Source of the DNA: Sedimentisphaerales bacterium
GTDB taxonomy: Bacteria; Planctomycetota; Phycisphaerae; Sedimentisphaerales; Anaerobacaceae
Length of the DNA stretch: 64,000 nucleotides
Assembly (NCBI GenBank): GCA_963708075.1
Contig: OY970194.1
Span: 2,272,001-2,336,000, forward strand
Direction of reading: 5' to 3'
In this document: piece after piece, positions 29,623 through 40,568 of the stretch
Layout: the number at the start of each line of letters is the position of its first letter
How positions within the stretch are numbered: the stretch's first letter is position 1
Position numbers and translations under genes: made by a program
Notes under the pieces: generated by a model
Seen by the model: the letters and a program-made list of their open reading frames with translations, nothing else
What the model was told of the DNA's origin: nothing
Database searches by the model: none

Positions 29623-30465
29623 ATGGGAGATCAGGCAGTCAACTTGCATCTGGCAGACGCTCGCAGCCCCCTGGCGAAGGTTTTCGCCGTGACCAGCGGC
29701 AAGGGCGGCGTAGGCAAGACGAATATCGCGGCCAACCTGGCCATCTGCCTGGCCGCTTTGAATAAGCGAGTACTCCTGCTGGATGCCGATTTCTCGCTGG
29801 CCAACCTCGATGTCGTGATGGACATCCGCCACAAGTACGACATCTCGCACGTGATCAGCGGGCACAAGCGCATGGAAGAGGTCATTCAGCCCGGTCCCAA
29901 GGGCGTGCAGGTCATCTGCGGCGCCTCCGGGCTCGACAAGCTCGCCGACCTCAGCGAGGGCGAGCAGCGCCACCTGTTGCACCATCTGTCCAAGCTGCAG
30001 CAGGAGACCGACATGATCGTGGTGGACACCGCCGCGGGGATCTCCCGATCCGTGGTGAATTTCTGTCTCGCCGCCGATCACGTGTTGGTGGTCACGACGC
30101 CGGAGGCCACGGCCTTGACCGACGCTTACGGCATGATCAAGGTGCTCGCCCGCAAGCGATACCAAGGACCGATAAGCATCGTGGTGAATATGGCTCGCGA
30201 CATGGCGGAAGGCAAGCGCACGTACCAGCGCATCGCCGACGTCGCCCGCAAGTTCCTCGAGAGAGACCTCTATTTCGCCGCCGTGCTGCCGAAAGATGAG
30301 CGGTTGTGCACGGCGGTACGCTCGCGAAAACCCGTGGTTCTGGCGTACCCCAACGCCCAGATCAGCTCATCGCTGGCCAAGCTGGCGGGACGATTGAGTG
30401 ATGTTCGTCGCGACGTGGAGGTCTCCGGCGGCTTCTTCCGAAAGGTCGTCAAGTGGTTGAACTAA
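29623..30465 (+). CDS. flhG: FlhG/FleN MinD-like ATPase
   Basis: DQA N-terminus, SGKGGVGKT, DTAAGIS, TTPEATALTDAY, C-terminal GFF helix. Confidence 0.85.
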   Translation: MGDQAVNLHLADARSPLAKVFAVTSGKGGVGKTNIAANLAICLAALNKRVLLLDADFSLANLDVVMDIRHKYDISHVISGHKRMEEVIQPGPKGVQVICGASGLDKLADLSEGEQRHLLHHLSKLQQETDMIVVDTAAGISRSVVNFCLAADHVLVVTTPEATALTDAYGMIKVLARKRYQGPISIVVNMARDMAEGKRTYQRIADVARKFLERDLYFAAVLPKDERLCTAVRSRKPVVLAYPNAQISSSLAKLAGRLSDVRRDVEVSGGFFRKVVKWLN

Positions 30466-30489
30466 AGTCCGGCACGATGAGGCCGATAA
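30463..30489 (+). promoter_or_regulatory. sigma28 (FliA) promoter
   Basis: Exact TAAA-N15-GCCGATAA overlapping the flhG stop codon. Confidence 0.8.
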
Positions 30490-30616
30490 AGAGGTTGTGG
30501 GGTTCCGTACGGAATCACGCAGGCTGTCTGGAGGGTGATAACGGTACGCACGCGACAGTAAGGGCTGTAGTACTGCGCAAAAGGATGCATGTTGCAGATC
30601 GTAACGGAGACAACCC

Positions 30617-31414
30617 GTGAAGACAGAGCAGGCAGGCAAGATGGATGAGAAGCTGACGATCGAGCAAGTCTGGGAGGCATTCCACAAGACTCATGAGGAT
30701 CGTTACCGGAATCTTCTGATGGAGAACTACCGGGACCTGGTGAAGTACGCGGCGGAGCGGCTGCACAGCAAACTGCCTGACAAGGTTGAGCTCGACGACC
30801 TGATCAGTGCCGGGATCTTCGGCCTGATGGACGCTATCGACGCGTATGATCCGTCCCGCGGCGTGAAATTCGAGACGTACTGCGCCCCGCGAATCAAGGG
30901 CTCGATCCTCGATGAGCTTCGCAGCATGGACTGGGTGCCCCGCCTGGTCCGGGCCCGGGCCCACCAGTTGGCCAAGGCCACGCACACGCTCGAGATGCAC
31001 CTTGGCCGCAGACCCGACGAGCAGGAGTTGGCCGAGGAACTCAACATGGATGTCGAGGAGTTCGGCCGCCTGCAGCGGGACGCGAACGCCGCCTGCCTGG
31101 TGTCGCTCAGCACCAAGTGCGGTGACAACGAGGGAGAGAAAGACGTTTGCGAAATCGACGTCATCAAGGACCACCGGAGCGAAGACCCCCTGCTCGAAGC
31201 GCAGAAACGCGATCTCAAGAACCTCCTGACCAAGGGACTCACCCGCGCCGAGCGTCTCATTATCGTCCTATATTATTACGAAGAAATGACGATGAAAGAG
31301 ATCGGGGCGACACTCGATCTGTCGGAGTCCCGCGTCTCCCAGATGCATTCGTCCATCGTCGCCCGCCTCAAGGCCCAGATGAACACCCGCAAAAAGGAGT
31401 TCGCGGTCGAATAG
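30617..31414 (+). CDS. fliA: FliA/WhiG-family sigma28 factor
   Basis: DDLISAG, KFETY, ILDELRSMDWVPR, LYYYEEMTMKEIG, SESRVSQ. Confidence 0.93.
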   Translation: MKTEQAGKMDEKLTIEQVWEAFHKTHEDRYRNLLMENYRDLVKYAAERLHSKLPDKVELDDLISAGIFGLMDAIDAYDPSRGVKFETYCAPRIKGSILDELRSMDWVPRLVRARAHQLAKATHTLEMHLGRRPDEQELAEELNMDVEEFGRLQRDANAACLVSLSTKCGDNEGEKDVCEIDVIKDHRSEDPLLEAQKRDLKNLLTKGLTRAERLIIVLYYYEEMTMKEIGATLDLSESRVSQMHSSIVARLKAQMNTRKKEFAVE

Positions 31415-31563
31415 CGCATAAACCCCTGCTTTTGAGGAGGTGGTGGGAGGAATAAAAGCAGGGGCCAAATGAAAAAGCATCCTTATTATGCGCCCTTTCC
31501 AGGCCCGAGTCAAGCAAAAATGCCTCGTGGATGACGGCTGTGTGACTCTATCAAAGAAAAACC

Positions 31564-31598
31564 AAAGGGCCGGCGGCTCCGTTCTCCGCCAGCCCTTT
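31564..31598. terminator. Hairpin terminator between convergent genes
   Basis: AAAGGGCCGGCGG...CCGCCAGCCCTTT. Confidence 0.5.
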
Positions 31599-31624
31599 CC
31601 CGTTTGCCATAGGGGTGATGCGTC

Positions 31625-32734
31625 CTACGGCTGGGCCGGTGGGTTCGCCTTTTCCCACTCGGTCGTGAAGACCTTCAAATCCTCGATGTCCACTACACCG
31701 TCGCCCCAGGCATACGGCCCGATGTCGTAGAGCGTGTTGTCCGTGCCCCAGTTGTCGATGTCGATCAGCAGCCTCAGGTCGTCCAGGTCCACATTGCCGT
31801 CAGCGTTGAAGTCCACGATGGGGAGGATCGGGGTCTTGATGAGGTACGGGAAGCCGTCTCGGATGAAGTACAAGGCGGAGCCATCGGGAGCAAGACGCGG
31901 CATGTACTCTCCAGTCGGTCCGTTGACAGTGGGACCCAGACTCACCACCGGCTCCCAAGAGGCGGAGCGGCTGGCCCGCTGCGTCATCCACAAGTCACCG
32001 CCGCCAGAGCCGCCTGGCCGGGGCTTGCCCGCGTCTTGGAAGATCAGCAATAATCCGTCTGGAGAGAGACACGGGCTGTCCTCCGTGAAGGAACTATTCA
32101 CTGTCGCGCCGAGGTTGACCGGGTCACCCCAGGGATCATTCCTGGTCGCACGCTTGCTGACCCAAAGATCGAAACTGCCATATCCGCCCCGTTTGGCCCC
32201 GCACATCAGGTACAGTTCCAAGCCATCTGACGACACCGACGTGGCGTATTCGCCGCCCGAGGTGTTCACCGGGGCACCCAGATTGGTCGCCGGGCCCCAA
32301 GGGCTGTTTCGGGTCACCCGTTTGGTCACATAGATATCGCCGCTGCCGGAACCTCCGGGCCGGCTGGAGGAGAAGAAATAGAGCTCCAGACCGTCGGCCG
32401 TGATGGACGAGCCGGCATCCACCTGTGCACTGTTGACCGCCGGCCCGAGATTCTCCGGAGGACCCCAGGCTTCCTCTGGCGAGGCACGCTTGCAGACCCA
32501 GAGGTCGTAGTTGCCGGAACCTCCCGCCCGCGTGGAATTGATGAACATCTCCAGGCCGTCTGAGGAAAAGCACTCCACACTGGAATCGGCGATGGTGACG
32601 AACGGCATGACCGTATCCAGATGCGCCGGTTCGCCGAACGCGAAATCGGCGCGTGCGGCCGGCACCTCGGGACCTGCAAGGAAACACAGGCCCACCAAGG
32701 ACGTTACGACCATCGGAACTTCAATCAGCTTCAT
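31625..32734 (-). CDS. Exported PD40/TolB-like beta-propeller with C-terminal dockerin-like motif
   Basis: Repeated S.DGLELY / DLWV / WG.P.NLG..VN; DFNADGNVD..DL. Confidence 0.82.
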   Translation of the reverse strand: MKLIEVPMVVTSLVGLCFLAGPEVPAARADFAFGEPAHLDTVMPFVTIADSSVECFSSDGLEMFINSTRAGGSGNYDLWVCKRASPEEAWGPPENLGPAVNSAQVDAGSSITADGLELYFFSSSRPGGSGSGDIYVTKRVTRNSPWGPATNLGAPVNTSGGEYATSVSSDGLELYLMCGAKRGGYGSFDLWVSKRATRNDPWGDPVNLGATVNSSFTEDSPCLSPDGLLLIFQDAGKPRPGGSGGGDLWMTQRASRSASWEPVVSLGPTVNGPTGEYMPRLAPDGSALYFIRDGFPYLIKTPILPIVDFNADGNVDLDDLRLLIDIDNWGTDNTLYDIGPYAWGDGVVDIEDLKVFTTEWEKANPPAQP

Positions 32735-32888
32735 CTCACACCTTCCCTTCTGCCCGCAGGCAATAAGTAGTACGTGAATTCCATCCGCCTTCACTGTGAA
32801 GACAACAAGTTCCCGATTGAATCGCCCCTCGTCGGCACACACCAAGAGCCCGCACCCGTTGGGTTCAATCCGCGACGGGAGCCACAGT

Positions 32889-35800
32889 TCACTGGATGAC
32901 CACGCCCTCGATCTCCTCCCACGACGGCGCGTGCCAGAGGTGGAGGTCGCCTTGGTAGTTGCAGGCGGCCAGCCATTGGCCGTCCGGGGAAAAGGCCAGT
33001 TCGCTTATCATGCGTTGTCCAGACAACGTTATCAGCAGGCGACCCGTGGACAAATCCCAGAGTTTCACTGCATCCCGCCCGTTGTGACCGGTGGCGAGTC
33101 GGTGGCCGTCGGGAGAGAACGCCACCCCGTGGGCGGACTGCATGTGGGCTTGGAAAGAGGCGATCAAGTGGAACGAAGACACATCCCATATCGCCACCGC
33201 GCCGTCCAGTGCGGTGCTGGCGGCCTGTAAACCATCGGCAGAAAAAGCGATTCGCTGCACAGCCTGCCCGTGAGCATTGACCGGTGGCGCCAGGAGTTCT
33301 CCCGTCTCGGCGCTGAGCCAGCGCACCGTTCCCATCGTGTCGCCGAGCGTCAGGAGGCGACCATCCGGCGAAACGCGCTCAAGCCAGGAAGTCTCCACAT
33401 CAAAAAGCGTTCGGACAGCTTGCCACGTGATCGTGTCCCACCATATCACCCTTGCCGTTCCCCGCAACTCGGCCAGTATGAGCAGCCCCGTACGCTCTGG
33501 CCGAAAGCCGAGCAGACCGATCACAGTATTGGGGTCGCCCAACTCCCCCAACAGGCGACGCTCCACGCAGGACCAGACGCGAATCTTTCCCTTACTTCCA
33601 CTGATCAGCAGGGCCCCGTCGGGAGAATAACGGACCCCCTGAACGTCGTCACCCAACTCGGGGAGCCGCTCGATTTCCTCGCCGGTGGCCAAATCGAGGA
33701 CACATACAGTCGTTATCTCGGCGCGATTCACCGTCTCCCTGCGTGGCACCGCCAGTACCTGGCCGGCCGGCGCGAAAGCGGGCCGTGCGCCGACGCCCAA
33801 CGGGATCAGCCTGGGCTGTTCCTCTCGCGGGCGGGGCTGCGCGTTCCAGAAAGCGACGACGCCATCCCTGTCCGCGCTCGCCAGCGTCCGACCGTCCGGC
33901 GCCAGCGTCAGTCCCCAGATCTCATCGCGACTGCCGCGGAGAATGGCCAGACACCGGCGATGCTCGACGTCCCAGATCCGAATGGTCTGATCGCCGCTGG
34001 CGGAATACAGCCACCGGCCATCCGCGGAGAAGATCAATTGGGAAATCCAGGCGGTATGTCCCTCCAGCGTCCCCCGCTCGTTGCCGGTGACAGCATCCCA
34101 AAGCCGGATTGTCTCCCCGACGCTACCGCCGCCACTGGCGACGATGGAACGCTTGGGCGACCAGGCCACAGCGTTGATGGCCCCTAGGTGGGCGTTCGGG
34201 ATGTTGACATCTGTTTTGCCACTGGCAAGGTCGAACACACGCAGTCTGTGATCGGCGTCCCCAACCACAATGGCCTTGCCGTCCGGCGAAAAGTCCAGCG
34301 CACGCACCCATGGGTTATTCGGAGGGCACCTTACGTCGCCGATGTGCAGGCGCGGGACAATGGGCCTTTGGTCGACCTCCCACACGGTAACTTCATTCGG
34401 GCTGCTCAGGCTGGCGAGCCGTCTTCCGTCCGGAGAGAACTTGAGAACTTTAACGGGACCCCCTTTCAGGGCCAGTTGCCCGACTGGGTCCCACGTTCCG
34501 GTCTGCCAGAGCTTGATCTGGTTTCCGGCGTCGGCGGCCAACAGATCGCCACGCGGGGAGAACGCCACCAGATGACCTCCCTCCGCTTGCAGGCGTTTGA
34601 TTCGCCGGCGGCTGACCACGTCCCAGACCCCCACAAATTGTAGAGGGCGCGCGGCCACGGCCAGCAGCTTGCCATCATGAGAATAGGCAACCGCGCCGGC
34701 CGTGTTCGGGTCCTGATCGAGCTCCCCGAGGGCATCGCTGCGGCATTCCTGCCACAGGTAGCGCCACTCCCAGCCCCGCAGATCAACTTGGCCGGGAGCG
34801 GGTCGATGGGTCTCCAGCAGTCGGAGGGCTTGACCCAGGTCGTTGATCGCCAGCGCCTCCTGTGCCAGACGCATGTCGGAAGCGCAGGCGAGTTGACGCA
34901 TGGCCAGTTCCCTGGCTTCGGCCTGCACACGCAGGCTGTTTTCTGCACGCTTCGCCTGCGTGGCACGAACGGCCAGCCAACTGCTCACGAGTGCGCCAAG
35001 CACCAGTACTGATGCCACGACGGTGACAGCGGCAAAGACTCCCTTGTTCCGGCGGACCAGCTTCTGGAAGCGATATGCTGTGCCGGGCGAGTGGGCCAGC
35101 ACCGGCTCGTTGCTCAAGTGACGCTCCAGATCCTGCATCAGACTGTTGGCCGTCTCATAGCGACGCGTCCGGTCCTTCTCCATCGCCTTCATTACGATCC
35201 AGTCCAAGTCCCCTCGAACGGCTTTTCGCAACAAGTCGGGAGTGCAACTTCTGCGTTTGGCGAGGTCGGTCAGGGTGTCACCGAGAGTGCTCAGTCTCGT
35301 GGAGGGCTTGGCGGGTTCCTGCTCTCGAATGATGCGCTGCATCTCGATGTAGCCGGCCTTGCGCAGTTCTTCTTCGCTGAAGGGCGTGGTTCCAGTGAGC
35401 AGTTCATAGAGCAACACACCCAGGGAGTAGATATCTGAGCGGGTGTCGATGTCCAGATCGCTCAATTCCGCCTGCTCCGGGCTCATGTAGGTGGGGGTGC
35501 CGATGATGTGGGCGTAGCGGGTAAAGAGCGTCTTTTCCGTCAGCTTCTGGTTCGTGGCCTTGGCAATCCCGAAGTCGATCACCTTGGGAACGGGTCTGCC
35601 GTCATGGTGCGTGACCATGACATTGGAGGGCTTGATATCCCGGTGGATGATACCTTTCTGGTGGGCGTGCTGTACGGCTTGGCAGACTTGGAGGAACAAA
35701 GCCAATCGGGCCTTGGTGCTCAGGTTATTCTTATCGCAGTACTCGGTGATGGAGACCCCTGTGACCAGTTCCATGACAAAGTAGGGCCGGCCGGTCTCTG

Positions 35801-36254
35801 TGGCTCCGGCATCCAGGACCTTGGCGATACAGGGATGGTCCATCAAGGCCAAGGCCTGTCGCTCGGCCTCAAAGCGGGCGATGACCTGCCTGGTATCCAT
35901 GCCCAGTTTGATGATCTTGAGGGCCACCTTGCGGCGGAGGGGCTCGGCCTGCTCGGCCATGTAGACCACCGCCATGCCGCCTTCACCAATCTTTTCCAGG
36001 AGCTTGTACCGCCCGACCACCGTGCCGGAACCTTCCGTGACCGGGGAAGTGTCCCGCACGACGGCCGGGTCCCACGGGGCGGATTCCAGGAAGCTGTCCT
36101 TGACTTCCCGTGCCTTTAGCAGCGTCCGGACACGAGCCAACAGGGCGGCATCGTCGCCGCAGGCCGCCTGGAGATAGGCCTCCCGCTGCTCGGGGACCTT
36201 GCCGATGGCTTCGTAGTAGATCGCCTCTTCGTTTGTCTTGTGCTCCGTGGACAC
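32889..36254 (-). CDS. Ser/Thr protein kinase with WD40 repeats
   Basis: [23 protein letters not shown] segment, WD repeats. Confidence 0.93.
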   Translation of the reverse strand: MSTEHKTNEEAIYYEAIGKVPEQREAYLQAACGDDAALLARVRTLLKAREVKDSFLESAPWDPAVVRDTSPVTEGSGTVVGRYKLLEKIGEGGMAVVYMAEQAEPLRRKVALKIIKLGMDTRQVIARFEAERQALALMDHPCIAKVLDAGATETGRPYFVMELVTGVSITEYCDKNNLSTKARLALFLQVCQAVQHAHQKGIIHRDIKPSNVMVTHHDGRPVPKVIDFGIAKATNQKLTEKTLFTRYAHIIGTPTYMSPEQAELSDLDIDTRSDIYSLGVLLYELLTGTTPFSEEELRKAGYIEMQRIIREQEPAKPSTRLSTLGDTLTDLAKRRSCTPDLLRKAVRGDLDWIVMKAMEKDRTRRYETANSLMQDLERHLSNEPVLAHSPGTAYRFQKLVRRNKGVFAAVTVVASVLVLGALVSSWLAVRATQAKRAENSLRVQAEARELAMRQLACASDMRLAQEALAINDLGQALRLLETHRPAPGQVDLRGWEWRYLWQECRSDALGELDQDPNTAGAVAYSHDGKLLAVAARPLQFVGVWDVVSRRRIKRLQAEGGHLVAFSPRGDLLAADAGNQIKLWQTGTWDPVGQLALKGGPVKVLKFSPDGRRLASLSSPNEVTVWEVDQRPIVPRLHIGDVRCPPNNPWVRALDFSPDGKAIVVGDADHRLRVFDLASGKTDVNIPNAHLGAINAVAWSPKRSIVASGGGSVGETIRLWDAVTGNERGTLEGHTAWISQLIFSADGRWLYSASGDQTIRIWDVEHRRCLAILRGSRDEIWGLTLAPDGRTLASADRDGVVAFWNAQPRPREEQPRLIPLGVGARPAFAPAGQVLAVPRRETVNRAEITTVCVLDLATGEEIERLPELGDDVQGVRYSPDGALLISGSKGKIRVWSCVERRLLGELGDPNTVIGLLGFRPERTGLLILAELRGTARVIWWDTITWQAVRTLFDVETSWLERVSPDGRLLTLGDTMGTVRWLSAETGELLAPPVNAHGQAVQRIAFSADGLQAASTALDGAVAIWDVSSFHLIASFQAHMQSAHGVAFSPDGHRLATGHNGRDAVKLWDLSTGRLLITLSGQRMISELAFSPDGQWLAACNYQGDLHLWHAPSWEEIEGVVIQ

Positions 36255-36335
36255 GACGGCTCCTTTCGTTATTCAATGCGTAAAACCGGGGCCGAGCCCC
36301 TCACGGCAAATACGGGAATATTGAAAAATCTCGGC

Positions 36336-36911
36336 TTAGCGTGTGCCGGTTTCGTCGATCTGTCCGATTTCCACACGCAGCCAGGAGCGGGCGTAGTCCC
36401 AATACCGCTCGGCCGTCGCGTGGGAGATGTCCAGGGCTTTCGCCGCCTGCTCGATCGTCAGGCCGGCGAAATAGCGGAGCTTGACCAGTTCCGCCTTGGC
36501 TGGGTCCTGTCCAGCGAGCTTGGCGAGGGCCTCATCCAGTGCAAGCATGTCCTCCGCTCGCGAGGCGTCATCCACCGCCAGGGATTCATCGAGGTCCACC
36601 GGCCGGCGGTCGCCGCCACGCTTGAGGCTCTTTTTGCGTCGGGCATTGTCGATCAGGATACGGCGCATGGCTTCAGCGGCGGCTTTGAAGAAATGGCCCC
36701 GATTGGCCCAGTTCTGTGGCTCGGCCCCCACCAGCCGCAGGTACGCTTCATGGACCAGGGCGGTCGCCTGGAGGGTCTGGCCGGGAGATTCATGGGAAAG
36801 CCTCTGGGCGGCAAGGACCCGAAGCTCCTCATAAACCAGGGGCAGGAGTTGGTCTGTAGCTTTAGTGTCCCCCCGTTCGATGGCGCTCAGGATGCGTGTA
36901 ACGTCGCTCAT
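36336..36911 (-). CDS. ECF sigma factor (planctomycete TIGR02999-like, kinase-associated)
   Basis: [40 protein letters not shown]. Confidence 0.9.
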   Translation of the reverse strand: MSDVTRILSAIERGDTKATDQLLPLVYEELRVLAAQRLSHESPGQTLQATALVHEAYLRLVGAEPQNWANRGHFFKAAAEAMRRILIDNARRKKSLKRGGDRRPVDLDESLAVDDASRAEDMLALDEALAKLAGQDPAKAELVKLRYFAGLTIEQAAKALDISHATAERYWDYARSWLRVEIGQIDETGTR

Positions 36912-37159
36912 GACGACTCCCCAACATTGCGCGGGACAGGAGTCGAACCTGCAAGTCCTTACGGACACTACCACCTCAAAGTAGCGCGTCTGCCAGTTCC
37001 GCCACCCGCGCGGATCAGCTTTGGTATTATGATGCGGCCGCCCGGGGCTGTCAACGAGGATTTCAGCAAATGCGGTCGGGGCCACTTGCAGATCTCACAG
37101 AAATCCAGTATGCTTTGGCCCTGTAGAGATTTCATCAGCCAGAGACCATATTGGGAGAT

Positions 37160-37549
37160 ATGAACATGGAAAGGCATACAAGTCACCGGTTCGTTCTTGC
37201 CATGATTGTCGCGGGGGGCCTTCTGCCTGTCGCCGGCTGTTTCATCTGGAACAGCGATGTCAACTATGGCGAGAAGGGAGCCCCCCTGTCGGGCTCCACA
37301 CTCAAGCAGGTCGAATGCGGCAAGACCACCAGGGATTGGCTCGTGGTCACCCTCGGAGAGCCCTCCGAACAGTCCACGACCGATGCAGGCGTCGAGCTTC
37401 TCAAGTACAAGTACAGCAAGACAGAGGAAAACAACCTCGTGATGCCGTTTGTTATCGCCAGTGACGAGAACAAACTCGAGCAGACCGTGTACTTTCAGGT
37501 GAAAGACGGCGTCGTGCAGAAATACTGGGTGGAAGAAGAGAAACGCTGA
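37160..37549 (+). CDS. Lipoprotein, SmpA/BamE-like
   Basis: Lipobox VAGC; G.TT..W....LGEP motif. Confidence 0.65.
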   Translation: MNMERHTSHRFVLAMIVAGGLLPVAGCFIWNSDVNYGEKGAPLSGSTLKQVECGKTTRDWLVVTLGEPSEQSTTDAGVELLKYKYSKTEENNLVMPFVIASDENKLEQTVYFQVKDGVVQKYWVEEEKR

Positions 37550-37556
37550 GGCCTTC

Positions 37557-38258
37557 TCAGACGCCCCGTCGTCGGCCCCAGAACTGGATGTGCAGTCGTT
37601 GGCCGAATCGCAGGCCGGTTTGCTTGCACAACTCGGCAACCATCGCTGATCTCGATTGCAGTTCCTCGGTCGTTTCGGCTTGGGGCATCAGCATGACCCG
37701 TTCAGTCTCCAGCGGTCCCAATTTCTTGAGCGTATCCTGAACGCCCTCGATATCCTCCGGCGATTCAATGACGAATTTGAGCTGGTAAGGGTACGCCCGC
37801 GTCAGTTGACGTATTGCTGCCAGATCGGACCCGACCACATGGCCGGACTCGGCAGGGCTGGACCGCATTGTCGCGCCGGGCAACTTGGGACTGATGCTGA
37901 TGAGGTCGCAAGCCAGATCGGGGATGAATAGGACGCCGGCGGTCTCGATGGTGATGTGTTTGCCTGAGACTTTGAGACGATGAGTCAGATCGGCCAGACC
38001 CGGACGAACAGCCAGGTCGGGCCCCATCATGGGTTCGCCGCCGGTCAGCACGATGAATCGGCAGGGCCAGCGGCCGATTTGATCGACGATCTGAGCCGGC
38101 TCAAGGTCCTGCCCCGCCTGGAAATCCCACGCGTACTTCGTATCGCACCAGGGGCAATGGAGAGGACAGCCGGCCAGCCGCACGAATACGCTCGGCGTGC
38201 CGACAAGCATCCCCTCGCCCTGTAACGAATAGAAGATCTCACTTACACGCATGGGCAA
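37557..38258 (-). CDS. queE: 7-carboxy-7-deazaguanine synthase
   Basis: EIFYSLQGEG, CPLHCPWCDT, TGGEP, RLH. Confidence 0.93.
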   Translation of the reverse strand: MPMRVSEIFYSLQGEGMLVGTPSVFVRLAGCPLHCPWCDTKYAWDFQAGQDLEPAQIVDQIGRWPCRFIVLTGGEPMMGPDLAVRPGLADLTHRLKVSGKHITIETAGVLFIPDLACDLISISPKLPGATMRSSPAESGHVVGSDLAAIRQLTRAYPYQLKFVIESPEDIEGVQDTLKKLGPLETERVMLMPQAETTEELQSRSAMVAELCKQTGLRFGQRLHIQFWGRRRGV

Positions 38259-38265
38259 CTCTCAG

Positions 38266-38973
38266 TCATGAAACGCTCTGCTCCACGTACACAAGCGGGT
38301 CGTGCAGGCCGGCTTCGCTGAAACCGCGGAGTCTGAGCCGGCAGGAATCACACCGGCCGCAGCTTCGGCCCGAGGGGTCCGGATCGTAACAACTGTGCGT
38401 TAGCGAGTAATCGACGCCGAGCCTCGTGCCGGTCCGGATGATCTCGGCCTTGGTCTTTTCGATGATCGGCGTATGGATTCGGTACCGGCCCCTGCCCTCC
38501 ACGACAGCCGCCGTCGCGAGGTTCGCCATCTTTTCAAAGGCGGAGATGAACTCCGCCCGGCAATCCGGATACCCGCTGTAATCCGTCGAATTGACCCCGA
38601 TGAAGATATCGAACACGCCCAGGACTTCCGCCCAGGCGAGGGCATAGCTCAGGAAGATCGTGTTGCGGGCAGGCACATAAGTCGCCGGAATGGCCTCAGT
38701 GTCATCCAGGTCCGGGCGATCCTTCGGCACCTGGATCGCCACATCGGTCAGAGCCGAGCCACCGAATGCCGCCAGATCGATCTCCGCGATCCGATGCTCA
38801 ACGACCCCGAGCGACCGGGCCACCCTTGCAGCGGCATCAACCTCCCGGCGGTGGCGCTGCCCATAGAGAAACGTAAGCGCATAGCAGGCGAAACCCTCGT
38901 TGCGGGCGATGGCAAGAGTGGTGGCGGAATCCAATCCGCCGCTCAACAATACAATAGCTGCTTTCGGGGCCAT
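38266..38973 (-). CDS. queC: 7-cyano-7-deazaguanine synthase
   Basis: [27 protein letters not shown]. Confidence 0.96.
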   Translation of the reverse strand: MAPKAAIVLLSGGLDSATTLAIARNEGFACYALTFLYGQRHRREVDAAARVARSLGVVEHRIAEIDLAAFGGSALTDVAIQVPKDRPDLDDTEAIPATYVPARNTIFLSYALAWAEVLGVFDIFIGVNSTDYSGYPDCRAEFISAFEKMANLATAAVVEGRGRYRIHTPIIEKTKAEIIRTGTRLGVDYSLTHSCYDPDPSGRSCGRCDSCRLRLRGFSEAGLHDPLVYVEQSVS

Positions 38974-39328
38974 TTCGTGTTTCCTCTGCGACCTCACCAT
39001 ATCCTCCGGCCAACAATCACACGCAGTATAACAGGCAGGACGTGAGAGTGGAACTCCCCTATCGTGTCGGTACCGGCCGGTTCTCTCATAGCTCCCCGGC
39101 CCGTTTCTGGGTGGCACTGCCGCGCGCTCCTAAGAACTCAGGCCCAATCGGCACTGCTGCGCGTAGCGGGTAAGGCGAGAGGAACAATCGCCGGGGCGTT
39201 CGCGTAGGTGGGCTTGTGGCGGTGCTTCCTGCCGGGAAAACCCCAAAGACGGGCCATAGATTCGGTTCCGGCTTGTCTCTCGAAGGCGGGAAGGGTATAT
39301 TGTGACAATAGGACAACAGGTGTTTTTC

Positions 39329-39682
39329 ATGAGTGAACGCGACAACATTGAAGTATTCGACAATCCGCGTCCCGGGCGGGACTACCGGATCACGGTCCAC
39401 TGCCCGGAGTTCACGAGCGTCTGCCCGCGCACGGGCCAGCCGGACTTTGGCGAGATCACGATCGAATACTGCCCCGACCGGACCTGCATCGAGCTCAAGA
39501 GCCTGAAATTCTACATGCAGAGCTATCGGAACAAAGGCATCTTTTACGAATCGCTGACAAATGATATACTGGATGACCTGAGCAGCGTGTGCCGGCCTCG
39601 CTGGATGAAGGTGACGGCCCGGTTCACACCCCGCGGCGGCATCACGACCGATGTCACCGCGGAGTACAAAGCGGATGGCTGA
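39329..39682 (+). CDS. queF: NADPH-dependent preQ0 reductase (type I)
   Basis: [25 protein letters not shown]. Confidence 0.95.
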   Translation: MSERDNIEVFDNPRPGRDYRITVHCPEFTSVCPRTGQPDFGEITIEYCPDRTCIELKSLKFYMQSYRNKGIFYESLTNDILDDLSSVCRPRWMKVTARFTPRGGITTDVTAEYKADG

Positions 39683-39705
39683 GCGTTCTTGTCTGAGGTG
39701 TCGAA

Positions 39706-40212
39706 ATGCCGATCAAGCTGCACTGCGACCACTGTGGAAAAGAAATCAAGGCTCCGGACACTGCCGGCGGCAAATGGGGCAAGTGCCCCGCCTGCCGTAA
39801 CAAGCTGTACGTTCCCCTTCCGGCGGCCGACGACGAGGAATTGAAGATCGCTCCCCTCGACGAGAGCGAGGTCCAGAAACAGCAGCAGTTGATGGCCGAG
39901 ACCTTTCGACTGACCCGGGACATTCTCCAGGAGCAGAATACGCCTGAGCCTCCCGCAGCCCCGGGCACGCCGGCCCCGGAAATCTCGGAACAGCAACTGA
40001 CGGAGTACATCGTCCGATATTTGCGACAGATGGTGGACGGTCGTCTCGACGAGGCCCAGCGCACTGCCGAGCGAATCGTGCCCCACCGGCGTAAGGCCAC
40101 GGTGATCCTGGATCAGTTTGCCAAGAGTGACGCGCCCGACCCCGAGTTGGAGGACATCCCCAAGCAGGTGCTCTCCGGTTTTATCCGGAACCTGCGCACG
40201 CGAATCAGCTAG
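39706..40212 (+). CDS. Zinc-ribbon hypothetical protein
   Basis: CDHCG...KCPAC. Confidence 0.7.
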   Translation: MPIKLHCDHCGKEIKAPDTAGGKWGKCPACRNKLYVPLPAADDEELKIAPLDESEVQKQQQLMAETFRLTRDILQEQNTPEPPAAPGTPAPEISEQQLTEYIVRYLRQMVDGRLDEAQRTAERIVPHRRKATVILDQFAKSDAPDPELEDIPKQVLSGFIRNLRTRIS

Positions 40213-40264
40213 CACGCCCGACCGCCATTACCTGGGACTCCACCTGACATAATGACGCTCGCTA

Positions 40265-40337
40265 TGTCACCCCCGCGCAGGCGGGGGTCCAGGAGAGTTC
40301 GGTACATAGTTGGATTCCCGCCTGCGCGGGAACGACA
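40265..40337. repeat. dRS3-like REP doublet
   Basis: GTCACCCCCGCGCAGGCGGGG...GGATTCCCGCCTGCGCGGGAACGAC; related half-site at ~6820-6847. Confidence 0.7.
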
Positions 40338-40568
40338 TGCGAGCGGCCTTTGCCAGACTCCCACTGTGTTAGAAGGCCTGGTACCGATCCCGCCAGAAGG
40401 TCCGCAGAATCTGCGTCGTTGCATCTGAACTGACCCGTTATTCCCGGCCGTTCCGGAAATCCCCTGCGCACACCGACCTGAGTTGGCTCGCTTGGAAGTT
40501 GTTCGTAAGTTTTACATGGCGATTGGCCGACTTGGGTCAGTCCGGAATTGAAGTTGGGAGGCATTCTG

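Noticed and set aside
37557..39682. Dpd 7-deazaguanine DNA-modification system or preQ1 riboswitch
   Set aside because: No dpdA/tgt paralogue nearby; queF points to ordinary queuosine synthesis; no riboswitch motif recognised.
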